Both the position numbers and the translations under genes were made by a program. The notes beneath the pieces were generated by a model. That model did not search any database. It was given only the letters and a program-made list of their open reading frames with translations, and was not told where the DNA came from. A DNA stretch of 64,000 nt from Euglena gracilis (lineage: Eukaryota): the NCBI GenBank assembly GCA_039621445.1, contig CP154954.1, positions 22,766,954 through 22,830,953 on the forward strand. The letters run 5' to 3'. Numbering within the stretch: position 1 is the first letter of the stretch; each line of letters begins with the position of its first letter. Shown here piece by piece: positions 1 through 11,544 of this stretch.

Positions 1-147
1 ACATCAATGTCAAACGGTGCCAATCAGTACCAACGCCAGAGTAAGTTATTTCCCCCAGGTCCGATTTCAGCAACAAAAATATGGAAGAATAACAAAAAAT
101 CCATGACAAATTTCCAGAAATTTTTTCCAAAAAAATATTTTTTTTTG

Positions 148-1127
148 TCACAAAAGAAAACTGAAAAAGAGGGTCGTGGTGGAGTAATTTTTGACGCCAA
201 TTTTGCCCAAACAATCAGCCTCCACGGAGGTCGGCTTGCCTCGACAAGGGAGGAAGGGACACCGAGGGCTTCCGCTCCCGAAGGCTCCGCACTTTGCCTT
301 TGTGAGGCCAGATTGTGCACTGAAAAAAGGGGGGCCAGGGCATTCTCCAAAGCAGCTTTGGGCACCAAGTCTTTGAAAGTGGGCTTTGAAAGCCTCCACC
401 CCCTTCCGCTGACCAATTTCAAAAACTTCTTGGGCAGAAAAGCCCGATTTTTTGAGTGAACCAACCCCTTCCCCTCTGATGGAGTGGGGTCCCCACACCT
501 GGGGGGATACCACATGCTGGGCCAAAAAGTTTTTGGTTATAGAAGCAATGGCGTCAACCTTAATGTCTTTATGGGGGGTTTTCATGAAATCAGAAGGGGG
601 CCCCCAGGTTTCACAAAGAAACGTGGTGCATCAACATTAGACATCATCAAATGACAGGGACTGATTTGGGGGCACTGGGGAATAGAGACAACCCTCTCCC
701 ACTTGTGAATTTTTTGACCTTTACGTTTGATTTTGATGTAGGGTGCCCCCCCAAACATGCTGGTGGTTCTTTGGACCTGTGCCAAATCAGGAGATCGATA
801 TAAACAGAGGATTCGTGAACAGAAAATGAGTTGTGTACGTAATGTACACATATAAGAGGGCAGGGAGGATTGCGCCAGCCCCAGGAGGATTGGGAGGGGA
901 TCCCAGAATGCACCATATTTTTCCAAATTTTGGTTCCAAAGCCTTTTATAGGGTTCCAACATGGCATGGAACCTCAGGCCACCAAAGCCAGGGATCAAAA
1001 GCATAGCACTGTATGCATTGCGTGCTTGGGCCTTTGAAAAGTGAAACAGTTGAATTAAAGCGTCAACCACTTGGTAAGTGGTGGCTTCAGGGAGGCGGGT
1101 ACCCCCGTTTTGTCCAAAATCACCCAT
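148..1127 (-). pseudogene. Tyrosine recombinase of the DIRS element (frameshifted, ORFs 582..1127 and 148..585)
   Basis: LCLYRSPDL contains the first catalytic R. PHSIRG is the HxxR motif. GQRKGVEAFKAHFQR is a degraded G.W....F..HY.R motif with W and Y lost. Confidence 0.8.
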
Positions 1128-1819
1128 AAAAGCGTAAAGGCGCTTTGATAACGCTTTGAAATGGGGTTTCTTCCCAGGAAATTGTTAATGGTTGTATTTT
1201 GTATTTAATTCCCCTCCAGAATTTGCCTGAGCAAATCATGCAAAGCAGGGGCCACCTGGCGGGTGGCATTTTCTCCCCCCCCTGCAATTGGAGAACATAC
1301 CCATGTTAGGGGTGGTTTTCAGGCAGGGGGTGCCTGGTACTTTCATTTTTGTTAACTGGGGCCACCATGTGGCTGAATCCCAGTAGGGGTGACCATAAAA
1401 ACTTTGGCCTGTGGAAACATTTTTAATCTGGGGAGAAATTTTGGATTACAGACCAGGGGGGGTTTGCATAAAGATCCTCCATGTTGTCCAGTGGACATTG
1501 TAATGCATCTACGGCTGTGGCCACCAAGTGGGGCCACCTGGCCACAAATTGTGGCAGTTTTTTGTTGCCTGGTGAGGCAAAAAGGTCTGTTTTTAGGCTT
1601 ATATATTTTTTGTACTGCTGCCTCAGTTATTGAAAAAGATGGGGGTCCAGGGATTACCCCCCCTGTCCATTTCCCACCTGCTTATGGGGTCTGCCAGGCA
1701 TTCCCTTGAAGGGACCCATTTTACTTGCAGGTTTATGTTGTGCTCCATGCACCATTTGAAAAAGGGTCTTAGCACGGAATTGAAGGGGTCTTTTCTGCCC
1801 CCCCCCCCCCTTTGTTAAG

Positions 1820-2175
1820 TAATAGTAAATTAATTTATTGTCCACTGACAGGGACACAGTTTCTCCTGGTTGGCTGAGACTTTTTACTGTGCTTATTGCT
1901 TCACTTAATTATTTGACGTTCATGTGCAAAATGGAGTGTTCCCTCCAAAATTCCTACACAATTTTGCATGTTCGAATGCCCAGCCCCCCCCCCCCCCAGG
2001 CATGGGTGCTGCTGTCTGAGTGCAACTCCCTGGTTGCACTTTCGGGGAAGGGTCTGCCCCCCAGGTGTCCAGCATATTTTTTTTCTCTCGTAATTGGTCC
2101 TTTATTCTTTGGGAAATGGGGTATTTTGAGTCCCAGGGGGCTGTGGAATTTCCACCAAAAAAATGCCAGGGCATT
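1820..2175 (-). pseudogene. RNase H domain of the DIRS element (disrupted)
   Basis: LHSDSSTHAWGG, HMNVK and LSVDN match the DIRS RNase H motifs D-A-S..GWG, HIN.LE and DN. Confidence 0.7.
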
Positions 2176-2358
2176 CGTAAAGGCCCTTAAAAGGGCAGGG
2201 AAATTAGAATGCATCTTATTTGGCCCAAAATGGCAGCCAGTTGCCTTTTTGACGTGTAATATTTTTTCACCATTTTCCCCAGCTCATTTTTTACTGTTTT
2301 TATTTTCTGGGGGGGCACCTGTAATTTTCCCTCTTGGAAGTTTAGTTGAAATACAAGA

Positions 2359-2949
2359 TTATTTACGATTTGGGTGGGCTGCAGGGTGAACTTTTTTACA
2401 TTTATTTTGAATGCTGATTTTGATAAAATCCCTGAACACTGTGTTCAGGTGATTTTGTAGGATGCTTTGCGCTGGGGCCACAAGTAAAGTGTCGTCCAGG
2501 TAAATAAATACTTGGATGCCCCTTTTCCTCCACAGCTTTTCGAATGTCTTCATTGCTGACATAAAAATTTGGGGCATTACGTTTAGGCCAAAACAGCCTG
2601 CCTGGAATTCACAGGTCTGCCCACCCACCTGATGTCTTAGAAAAGGCCTTAGGGCCTGGCTCACTGGGATGTGGAAGTAAGCATCCTTTACGTCTATTTT
2701 TGCTGCCCAGTCGCTTTTTTCAAATACTGGAAAAATGTGCTGGATGTGATCCAGCTTGAAAGGTTTCACTTGGAACCTTTGATTTAATTCCCTGCAATCA
2801 CTTATTAATCTCCATCTTGTCTGCCCCCCTTCTGGTTTTGAAATCGGAAACCAGGGGATTAGGTGCTGGGTGGTTGAATACCTCACCCTCTTTACGGATC
2901 CAGATTTTTCGTAATCCTGCAGAATTTTTCCTGCTTGGTGTAGGTTCAA
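2359..2949 (-). pseudogene. Reverse transcriptase of the DIRS element
   Basis: Motifs WRLISDCRELN, KIDVKDAYFHIPV, CFGLNVMPQIF and FIYLDD. Confidence 0.92.
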
Positions 2950-3464
2950 ATTTGCCCTGGTTTTTGGCTGGGTGGGTGGACAATTTTGGTGGGTTTAACC
3001 AGGGGGGTTGAATGCCGTCCCTGATGAGTTGACGTGTTGTTGGGGTGGGAATTTTTTGTGCACAATTTCAGGCTTTTTTGCAGCATTTGATAGAGGGGGG
3101 TGTCTCCACATTTTTTCTACATGGAATTTATTTCCTGGATAAGATGATTTTGGGGGGGCTGGGCTGGGGATGTTGGACATTGCACCCCTAGGTCCCCTGG
3201 GGCTTGGGCACTTGGAAAAAGAAATTTTTCCTGGGGGGATGTGCATGCACTCTCTCTCCTCTCTGCTCACATCTCTGGAGGATCTTGTTGTTGAAAGACA
3301 TACTTAATGCTTAATGCCCCTGTTTGCCTATCAAGTCTTCTTCATGTTGATGTGGTTGGTTGACATACCATAGGAGGGCCTCTGTTGGTCTCCCCGTGGT
3401 TGAACAATCAGGACTTGAGAAATTAATGTTGGAGGGGTTCCTGCCACTCCCTCCAAAAGGGCAA

Positions 3465-3605
3465 CCGTGGGTCCCTTTTCCTCTTGGGATTGGGTTATTG
3501 AAAGGGCCACTGTGGGTCCATTTTCCTCCTGGGGCTGGGTGATTGAAAGGGCCACTGTGGGTCCATTTTCCCCCCATTTTGGGCAGAGGGCCTCTGTGGG
3601 TCCCT
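3465..3605 (-). repeat. ~45-bp tandem repeat within the gag-like region
   Basis: Peptide GPTVALSITQ(P/S)QEE is repeated, with degenerate flanking copies. Confidence 0.75.
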
Positions 3606-4811
3606 CGGGGGATTTCTCCAGCAGCTTGGGGATGATGTCCCTTAGCTTCTTTGGTGGCCACTGTGGGTCCACCCTGCTGGCCTCCAAGGCCTCCATGTAT
3701 AAAGACTTTTTCCATCTGTTGGCCTTCCAGGCCTTGAGTTCTTCTTGGCCTGCAACACCACTGGAAATCTGGGGGGGCTGCTGTGGCAGTGTACGTCTGA
3801 TTCCCAATTCCCCTTTCCCAATTCCCAAAAGCCTTCGCTTTCGCCTTGGCACACCTAGTTGGGAACTGAAAATCAGAGTAACAGAAAATCCCTTTTTCCC
3901 ACTTCCCAAGAAGCAAAGCACAGAGCAATGCAGGGAGGACGGACTGGATATCCAAGTCCGGTCCGGAGAAAAGGAAGGAATAAGAATATAAAAGAATACC
4001 ACCTGTGGAGAGAGAAGGGGCACCCATTAGAAAATCCTAATAGGATCTGATTCCATCCTAACTTCCTCAACGGAAGGGGACAGAAGCATACGCCTGGTAC
4101 ACATCCCCCTCCCAGGGCTATGCCAGATTTCCCTTTTGGACCAGGCATTCTGGCCACAGGGATTTCGGACACAGACCTGGTCTGTGGGAGGTGCACCCTG
4201 GCGCATCCACAGGGGCCCTTTCCGTCGCACAGGGGTCCACTCAAAAGGGGGGGGGGCGGAAAGGAGGGGACCCAAAAAGCCCAAAACGCGCAAAATGGTT
4301 TCACCTATTCTGCGGTGGCTTATGGGTATTTAGTATATTATAGCCCACTGGGGAAAATGGGGCTGGCAGGTTTCCTTGCCAAGCAAACCCATCCACCCAG
4401 TTTGGGTGTGCCCAAGGCACTTGGGGTTGGGTCCATGGGCATTCCAGGAAAACCCATGGGGAGGGTGTGGAAGGAGGGGGCCTCTGGCCAGTCAAACCTG
4501 GGCAGGGCGCATGGCCAGTCAAACCTGACCACACAAAAGGAAATCCTACTCTACAAAACCAACTGCCGGCGACAGCATTTGCCCCCGGGGGAAAGTAGAG
4601 AGGAGTGGGGGGTTGGCTTAGGCCAGAAAAGTGGTGCTGTCTGGCAGCCTTAAGGCCTCAAACGGCCGAAAAGAGAAGAAAGGGAAAGGAAAAGGGGCCG
4701 TCGGCCCTGTGCGCTGCGTGTCGCACGCCCGCAAGAGGGGAGAGGGGAGAGGGGTGTGCATGCATGCGCACGGAATCCTGCACATGGCAGCATCCCGGTG
4801 GGAACTTACTA

Positions 4812-4894
4812 GCGGCGAATACCGCAAAGGGTCTTCGAAGGGGTTGTTCGGGCGAATACCCAAACAGGGTGTCAGGCGAATACCTGACGAGGGT
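4812..4894. other. Three tandem stem-loops with an invariant CGAATA loop
   Basis: GCGG-CGAATA-CCGC (4812), GGG-CGAATA-CCC (4850) and GTCAGG-CGAATA-CCTGAC (4871), each followed by AGGGT. Confidence 0.75.
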
Positions 4895-4928
4895 TCTGAA
4901 AGACGCCGCATTGGCGCTTGCAGACACC

Positions 4929-6179
4929 TCACCTGCCTTTATCGGCTGGACGTTCGCGCACCACACGCCAGTAGTCGTGTTGGGGGTCCCCTAATGGGTC
5001 CTCAACCAACTCCAGTTGGCGCGGGGAACGCGGCGGATCTGATTCACTCCGAATGGTGTTGAGCTCCGGATCGTTGGCATCAAAGGAAAGGGTCTCCCAG
5101 TCCTTGATCCAATTATTCGGCAGCTTCTCCCTGGTACGGTCAGCATGATGCTGAAGATACCGTTGGAGCTGCTCCCAGAAAATTCTGGGCAGCATCACCG
5201 GCCAGATGATGTAATTCATCCGGGGGTGATTCGCAGGCACCTGCGGGGGCATCCCCGGGGTCTGCTTGAAGTTGATGTCATACAGCCACCTCGCTGTCCG
5301 AGCTCGTGCGGTATGGGGCCGTAATACAGCCGCCAACCAGCCTCTGAAGTCCACCAACTCGTGTTCTTCAGGAGGCCACAGTGGCAAGGCGTATCCGCCA
5401 TGCTGACGCTTGGAGAACAGGGGGTAAACCTGTGTCTCCCAGTCGCCATCAGTCCAGAGGTAAGGCATTCTTCCCTTGGCGTGTTCCTCGACGGCGAGGC
5501 GCATTGCCCCAGCGTCGATCTGGAACTCACGGGCCATTCCCGTGTGGCGGTAGCTTTCTACCTTTCGGAAGTCGGAGTGCTTCAGGCGGCCTTCCACCTG
5601 TTTGTACTCCTTCTTCCACTTCTCCAGTGTCTCCCAGTGGTGGGGGACAATGGTGGTGACTGCTCCATCAGCAGTCTGCACGAACTTGGACCCTATACAG
5701 TTGATGCACAAGGCAGGGATATCCCTGTCGTGAGCATTCTCACTGTAGGAGTAGTTCAAGCTGTGCTTCCAGGCGTTCAGGCACTCGCCACATACGAGCG
5801 CCACACAGTTCGGCACATATGCCCTGTGGTGGAACGTCGTGGATTGCACCTGCCGCTTGCACACATGCACAAGCGGTTGGTTGTGCCGCACACGGTGGCA
5901 CACGGTGCACGTCCAGGCAAAGGACGTGCCGTGCTGGAAATCCAACACGCAGTCCTCGCCAAAGTACTGTGCCAGTACTCTGGGTGAGCGCCTATTCCAG
6001 AATGTCCAGGTATGTTCCGGGACATAGTGGAAAGGTTCTCCTCGGACGAAGAGGGGTTGAATCCATCGATTCAGTGACCCTTTCTGGTGCCTAATAGCAG
6101 CCAGTTTCTTCGTCCTCTCGTCCACGGTGCCTAGTCTGGTCAGGATATCCTGGGTCCAGAGCTGGGCATCCGCAGACAC
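4929..6179 (-). CDS. Hypothetical 416-aa protein with three CxxC pairs (putative Zn-binding)
   Basis: Long uninterrupted ORF with globular composition and CTVCH, CGEC and CINC motifs. No family recognised. It may be the C-terminal part of a larger ORF. Confidence 0.6.
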   Translation of the reverse strand: MSADAQLWTQDILTRLGTVDERTKKLAAIRHQKGSLNRWIQPLFVRGEPFHYVPEHTWTFWNRRSPRVLAQYFGEDCVLDFQHGTSFAWTCTVCHRVRHNQPLVHVCKRQVQSTTFHHRAYVPNCVALVCGECLNAWKHSLNYSYSENAHDRDIPALCINCIGSKFVQTADGAVTTIVPHHWETLEKWKKEYKQVEGRLKHSDFRKVESYRHTGMAREFQIDAGAMRLAVEEHAKGRMPYLWTDGDWETQVYPLFSKRQHGGYALPLWPPEEHELVDFRGWLAAVLRPHTARARTARWLYDINFKQTPGMPPQVPANHPRMNYIIWPVMLPRIFWEQLQRYLQHHADRTREKLPNNWIKDWETLSFDANDPELNTIRSESDPPRSPRQLELVEDPLGDPQHDYWRVVRERPADKGR

Positions 6180-6457
6180 AGGAGGTGAAGCAGGTTCATC
6201 CTGCTCCTCATCCGTCGATCCGGCGGAAGACTGGGCCTGTCAAACACAAGCCTTACCTTTCGGTTTGCTCTGGACGTACCCGGAGTACGTTTGGTATTTT
6301 TTTTTTTACTTTTTTTTGTTGGGTGGTCCCAGAGCTGGGCATCCGCCGACGCAGGAGGTGAAGGCAGGTTGTCTCCTGCTCCTCGTCGTCGACCTTCGGA
6401 AGACTGTGCCTGTCGACGCACGAGCCTTACCTTTCGGTTTGCTCGGCCGTACCCGGA
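6150..6457. repeat. Diverged ~135-bp tandem duplication separated by a T-rich spacer
   Basis: CCAGAGCTGGGCATCCGC...GCCTTACCTTTCGGTTTGCTC...CGTACCCGGA occurs at ~6155-6285 and ~6328-6457. Confidence 0.85.
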
Positions 6458-6792
6458 CGATGCAACGCGAATAGTCCGTGCATTGTCGTAGGGCCTTTCG
6501 GCTGTCCGCCCAGTCTGACCTCCAGCGCCACCTTTCGGTGGTGGTTTCCCATCACCGCCTTTGGCAGGGGGTCTTAAAGGGTGCAGCACCCGGTTTGCCT
6601 CCTTCTGGCTTCGCACTCCCGGAATCAGGAGGCGACGCCTGCGGCTTACTCCTGGTATCAGGAGCCGATGGTGCCGGAGTAGACGTTTGCCGTCTGGGCG
6701 AAGCGGGCATCCTGACCGCTGGGTCGCGCATGACGCTCCGAGGGGTTGGCACTCGTTCCTGGGGTTGTTCAGCCGGCCGTCGCCGAGCAGGT

Positions 6793-8724
6793 TCATCCTG
6801 TCCGACGAGGCGTGGCACTGTGGTCGTCACCGGAATCGGTGCTTCCACAGGCGCTGGCGCTCCCAGAAACTCTGCCATTGTCCTCGGGACGGCAGGGACC
6901 CTGCGCGGTGTCGGTGGTCGTGGGGGTATCTCCTCCACTTCCATTTCGACATCCGGTCTGGGAGGTTGATCCTCCACAACCGCTGGCGCAGGTGCTAAGG
7001 GAGGTTGATCCTCCGATGCTAGCCGTGCGCACAGATGGCATGTCGGTTGGCTGGCCCCGGCCCCCCTGTAGCCGGCTGTGCGAATCCCATTGGGGTTTCA
7101 TTCCCCTTATGGTGGTTGACAACGTGCCGGAGATGGGGGTGTGGGGGACACCGACATGCTGGTGTCTCCACGACCTCAGCGGCGGAAAGCTTGATGCGGC
7201 TACAGCCTCCACCTCTGTGGCAGTTGGAAAGTGCAGCAGCCACGGCAGTAATAATGCGGTGACTACGGCGCCGAGCACACGGTCTTTCCCCTCACCTCCT
7301 AACAATGAGGTGCGTGCTGTGGGCTGGGTTAGGTTCTTCGACGGATGGGATATCCTCGGACGACCCATACCAGTCACCTCGGGCTGGAGGCTCAGCCGTT
7401 GCGGGATACAGGCGTTTTTGTGCAGCCAACAGGTATATCCCCTGCGGGTGCTTCGTCCTGGCCGAGGGGCTGTGCCGGGAGCAGGCAGAGCAGCGTAGAG
7501 GATATCCTCCACGTTCTCACCTTCCTCCTCAGGAAGTTCCTGGTCTCCACCTACCAGTGGACAGACGGAAGCCGCCGCGGGAGCCGGGGAAACCGATCGT
7601 TCCCCTGCCGCTCGCGGGGCAGAGACGAAGGATACAGCCGTTCCTGTCGGAGACGGCGGCGCTGCCTCCAGAATGGTGACGGACGGGCTGCGGTCGCGTT
7701 CCTCCCGCCGCGGAATCGCGGTGGTGGAAGCGACTGACGCCTCACGTCTCCTTCGCGCCAGAGTTTCATCCTCTGGGGCGATGAAGCCGCGCAGATCCTC
7801 AGGCGAACGAGGATCGTCGGGGTGCCATCGGCATCCCTGGGCATCCGCCAGCCTGTAAAAGGCCAGCGTACGGCTGCTGGCGCTGTTGGGCCAGGGTGGC
7901 GGCCATGATGGCTGCACCCAAGCGTTGGCAGGCCTGTTCGGGCCCAGGAATCCGCGGTAACGCGTATCCTCCCAGACCTCGAAAAAGCCCTCCTCGAACT
8001 CCTGAACGCATGCCAGAATCGGCATACGCTGTTCGAGGATGGCCTGCGGGTGACACATCAGCGGAAGGAATACCTCCCGGTCGAGGGTACCGCCAAACCG
8101 TCGCCGCAAATGTTCTTCCAGGCTGATATCAGCCAGGTGCCAGTTGGGGCGCAGGTGGCCGAGAATTCGACGGCGAGGACTCTCGATGGCGTCACCGTAA
8201 TCCGGTGGCAGGCTTTCCATACCAGGCCTATCGTCCTGGGGATCACGGAGATGTATATACACCTCCATGACATAGGTAGTCCGGGCTCGCCACCAGAACT
8301 GCTGCAGCATAAAAATACGCTGCTTGTGGACGCGGCGACTTTTGCCCTGGACATCCGGGGCGTCGCGGCACACATGCATAAGCATGCGGCGTCCCATCTC
8401 CAGGCCCGGGTTATCCCGAGGCGGTGGAGGACTTCCGCGCACGCCGAATCCCCAGAAGTCGACAGGAAATTCCTGCCGGCAGCACTTACAACAGAGGTCA
8501 TACCTCTGTGGGTAAGCCAGGGAAACTCGCTTAACGCGGAAGGTGGAGCCGTAATGGCTCACCAGCCACACCTGGAGGTTGTTGCACCACAACACCTCGA
8601 TCAGGCGTTCGATGTCGGGGTGTAGTGGGTAGAATTCCCACTGCACGCCGAGGGGTCCGACTGTATGAATACAGTCGAAGATTGCCTTCAGCCTTCGGTG
8701 TGTACCAGGCAGCCGTAAGGCCAC
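6793..8724 (-). CDS. Hypothetical protein (globular N-terminal ~320 aa with CCKCC, then low-complexity region)
   Basis: 643-codon ORF with no canonical ATG at its 5' end. The C-terminal part probably shifts into the Pro/Glu-rich frame 6552..6977. Confidence 0.5.
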   Translation of the reverse strand: MALRLPGTHRRLKAIFDCIHTVGPLGVQWEFYPLHPDIERLIEVLWCNNLQVWLVSHYGSTFRVKRVSLAYPQRYDLCCKCCRQEFPVDFWGFGVRGSPPPPRDNPGLEMGRRMLMHVCRDAPDVQGKSRRVHKQRIFMLQQFWWRARTTYVMEVYIHLRDPQDDRPGMESLPPDYGDAIESPRRRILGHLRPNWHLADISLEEHLRRRFGGTLDREVFLPLMCHPQAILEQRMPILACVQEFEEGFFEVWEDTRYRGFLGPNRPANAWVQPSWPPPWPNSASSRTLAFYRLADAQGCRWHPDDPRSPEDLRGFIAPEDETLARRRREASVASTTAIPRREERDRSPSVTILEAAPPSPTGTAVSFVSAPRAAGERSVSPAPAAASVCPLVGGDQELPEEEGENVEDILYAALPAPGTAPRPGRSTRRGYTCWLHKNACIPQRLSLQPEVTGMGRPRISHPSKNLTQPTARTSLLGGEGKDRVLGAVVTALLLPWLLHFPTATEVEAVAASSFPPLRSWRHQHVGVPHTPISGTLSTTIRGMKPQWDSHSRLQGGRGQPTDMPSVRTASIGGSTSLSTCASGCGGSTSQTGCRNGSGGDTPTTTDTAQGPCRPEDNGRVSGSASACGSTDSGDDHSATPRRTG

Positions 8725-8950
8725 GGTACTGTGTATGTAGGTATAAGCCTACGGCCAGATATAGCTCTGAGCCCCATACACAGTACTGTGCTAGGTGGTA
8801 TTCCTAAAGATGGCCAACGGCCTGAATTAGGAATACCTCACCCATATTCTGGTTCTCCTCTCCACAGGTGGTATTCGTATTCTTATTTTCTTCTTCACTT
8901 GAATATCAAGTTTGATTTGTTTCATTTGAAGTCCGAAACGGACAGCCAAG

Positions 8951-11050
8951 TCACTTGAGGGAGAGGCCTTGCCAGACCTCTGCTTCGGCTTGGCGTTGCT
9001 GCCAACCTTCCCGCTGCCCTAGCAGGGCTTTCAGGAGGGTGGACATCAGTGTGCGGCCTTCCTGCCCCAGTCCCCCGAAACAGTCAAGCACAAAGGCATT
9101 AAGCCGCCATCCCCGCCTTGCACAGGCAGCATCATATTTCCGGTGTTTTTCGGCCTCTTGCCTCTCCTGCCAAGCTTGCAGTTGGGTGGAACGACCTAGA
9201 GGGTTGCTTGGAATTTGGGTGTGGCGAATGGTGACGTCGATTGCCACGGGTCCGTCACTGTCCAGTCGAGGAATAAAAACATCACCGGGGCGGGTGTTGT
9301 CATTAGCCCGTTGCTCTTTCTTGGCTTGGAATCCACATCGTTGCGCAAGGGAAGTGAGAAAGTCTTGGACAGCCGTGGGCCGCTTGTAAAGGTTGTTGAA
9401 TTTGCAGCACAATAGGTGATGACCCGTAACATCCACATTCCCTTGGCATTTAGGACAGAGCAAGCCAGTGGTGGAGGCAACGTCGCTCAATGGCATACCA
9501 ATATTCCACCGAAGGAGACAGCGGAATTCGGCTGAAGGCAAGAGGGTGCGTGTGGCAGTGCTCGGTGTGGCTGCAGCCCACGCCATCGCATGGGGCTGGC
9601 ATTGGCTCGCGAACCGGACTTGATCCTGTGGCGGCAATTGTCGGGTAAGTAGCGCTTGTCGTGCAGTGGAAAATTGGCCGTTCCACCATTTCTGAGATGT
9701 GTGGGGGCTCTGAGCGTTTTGGATTAGAGACAAGTCCTCCAGCCATTGTGGAAGGGGAGTTGTGGTTCCGAGGGTGGTGGAAGCGTCTCGCAAACAATCT
9801 AGGGTGTCTGCAGGAGCACGGGGGAACACTGATGGGATTCCCAGTGTCTCCGGCCCCCGGCGAAAGTAAACAATGATGCCGGCAATTCGAGCGGGCAAGC
9901 GGATGTGGCTGGGGTCTGAAAGGCCAAGTCCTCCCAAGCGAATTGGTAGGCAGATTTGCTCCCATTGTTGTGGTGTGCACGGGCCGCCAAGCAATCCTTC
10001 AAAACAGTTCCGCAGGATTGTGCTGAAAGCTGCACACTCCGGGCGCCCCTGGGTGTATGAGGTTGCTCGTAGAAGGTCGTTTACCTTACCAGAGGTGAGG
10101 CAATAACGTAAAATAGTGAATTGGAGGTGCGCCTGGGGTAGCTTGGAAACAGATTGGCACGCCTCCATAACACCGTTCACACGTTTCCTCCAAATCTGAC
10201 GGGCAAATGCATCGCCTTCTGGATGGCACAGTGGGACCCCGAGAACTTTGAGGCCTGAGTCCTTAAGAAACGGCACAATGGGTACTTGGCGAAGTGGGCT
10301 GTCGCCCGGGATTCCATCTGGCAGTGTGCCTCCGCAACTGGAGGTGAAGGCCGGGCCCCACGGATTGCACTTCGCAAGGTTCACCACCAATCCCCGTTTG
10401 CCTGCTTCATGGATCAGTGTGGAGAGTGCTGTGTGAAGCTGCATCGGCGAACCCAAGAGATGGCCATCGTCCAAGTACCACCCCTGCCATTCGACTTTGG
10501 TGGACAGCTCCTCCAGGACATCATGCAGTCCCCAAGCAAATAGCGCTGGGCCACACGGGTCTCCTTGTTGGGCGCCTCTGGCGGAAGTGAGCATTTGCTT
10601 CCCAAAAAAATGTGTGGAATGTTGGCTGTAGCAGCTCTCGAGCCAAGGCATCGCAGGGGGACATCGGCGACGGACACTGTCCAAAGCGGACCCGCGGAGG
10701 AGGCTGTTGAACGCGTTGCTCAAGTCTATTTGCAGAAGGCCCCACCGATCCTCCTTCTTGCGGAAGAGGTCATCGGTCATCTGTTGCAGGCCAATTGCGG
10801 TGAGGCTACAAGCATTGCGGACCCCTACACCGCTTTGCAAGGGACAGAGGTCTTTGAGGGTCTGTGTGATGGCTTGGTGGTGCATGAGTACCTTGGCCAC
10901 AATTTAAAACTTCTCAAAAAGAAAGACAGGAGCGGCCTAGGAGGGACACTCCGAGACAAGGTTCAACAACAAAGAGACGGTGGTGGGGCGAACCGAATCC
11001 ACCGACCAGTGGCACAGCCTACTGGATTTGAAGAGTGCAGGGGAGTAAGG
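8951..11050 (-). mobile_element. RLE-type non-LTR retrotransposon (CRE/SLACS-like), truncated: RT + CCHC + restriction-like endonuclease
   Basis: Motifs QSGVGV, IDLSNAFN, GAQQGDPCGP, WYLDDG, CPKC...GHHLLCC, RPGD...AIDVT and EAEKHRKY. Confidence 0.93.
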
Positions 11051-11378
11051 CTATGTACAGAGGCAACAGTCTGTGCACGCTGGTGAAGGGAGGGAAGGTA
11101 AAAGCGGCGAGCTTAGAGAATAGTATAAGGCGCGAGGTGCGGGGGCAGGTAAGAGGGGTGAGCTTAGCGAAAAGATCTCGTCATGCTGCGGGTGCACAGG
11201 CGATTTGTAATCCTGTTCTCGACCACCGCAATTCTGATTGGTCATTGAGATCTGGATTGGGTGGACGGGCCCTTCGTTTCCTTCGACACTCCGAGCCGAA
11301 GTACGATTCAGATCGCGAAATGGACGTCATTCCTAACTCGTATGGCCTTCCCAACTGTTCTTATCCTTTCACAGCACA

Positions 11379-11535
11379 ATCCCTGGTGGAAGACCGTCAC
11401 ATGGTATTTGGCATTACTTCATAAAACATCAAGTATTTGATGGACGTACCCGTGCCACTTGCAAGGGGTGCGACGTTGAGATGGCCCCTCTGGTGCAGCG
11501 GATGTGTAACCACACACAACAGTGCAGGGACATTG
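11379..11535 (+). pseudogene. BED zinc-finger exon, probable hAT transposase 5' fragment
   Basis: Own translation: (I)PGGRPSHGIWHYFIKHQVFDGRTRATCKGCDVEMAPLVQRMCNHTQQC, followed by a GT donor. This fits the BED pattern W.YF...C..C...M..H...C. Confidence 0.7.
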
Positions 11536-11544
11536 GTACGTACT

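Larger units (their letters stand above)
148..4350 (-). mobile_element. Degenerate DIRS1-like tyrosine-recombinase retrotransposon (gag-like, RT, RNase H, MT-like, YR)
   Basis: Minus-strand fragments occur in the DIRS1 order: low-complexity gag-like ORF, RT, RNase H, NP..F/KVFMVTP methyltransferase-like remnant, then tyrosine recombinase. There are many frameshifts and the outer boundaries are approximate. Confidence 0.85.

Noticed and set aside
7-4653. Frameshifts in DIRS as programmed recoding
   Set aside because: They are numerous, associated with homopolymers and accompanied by lost catalytic residues, so decay or sequencing error is more likely.
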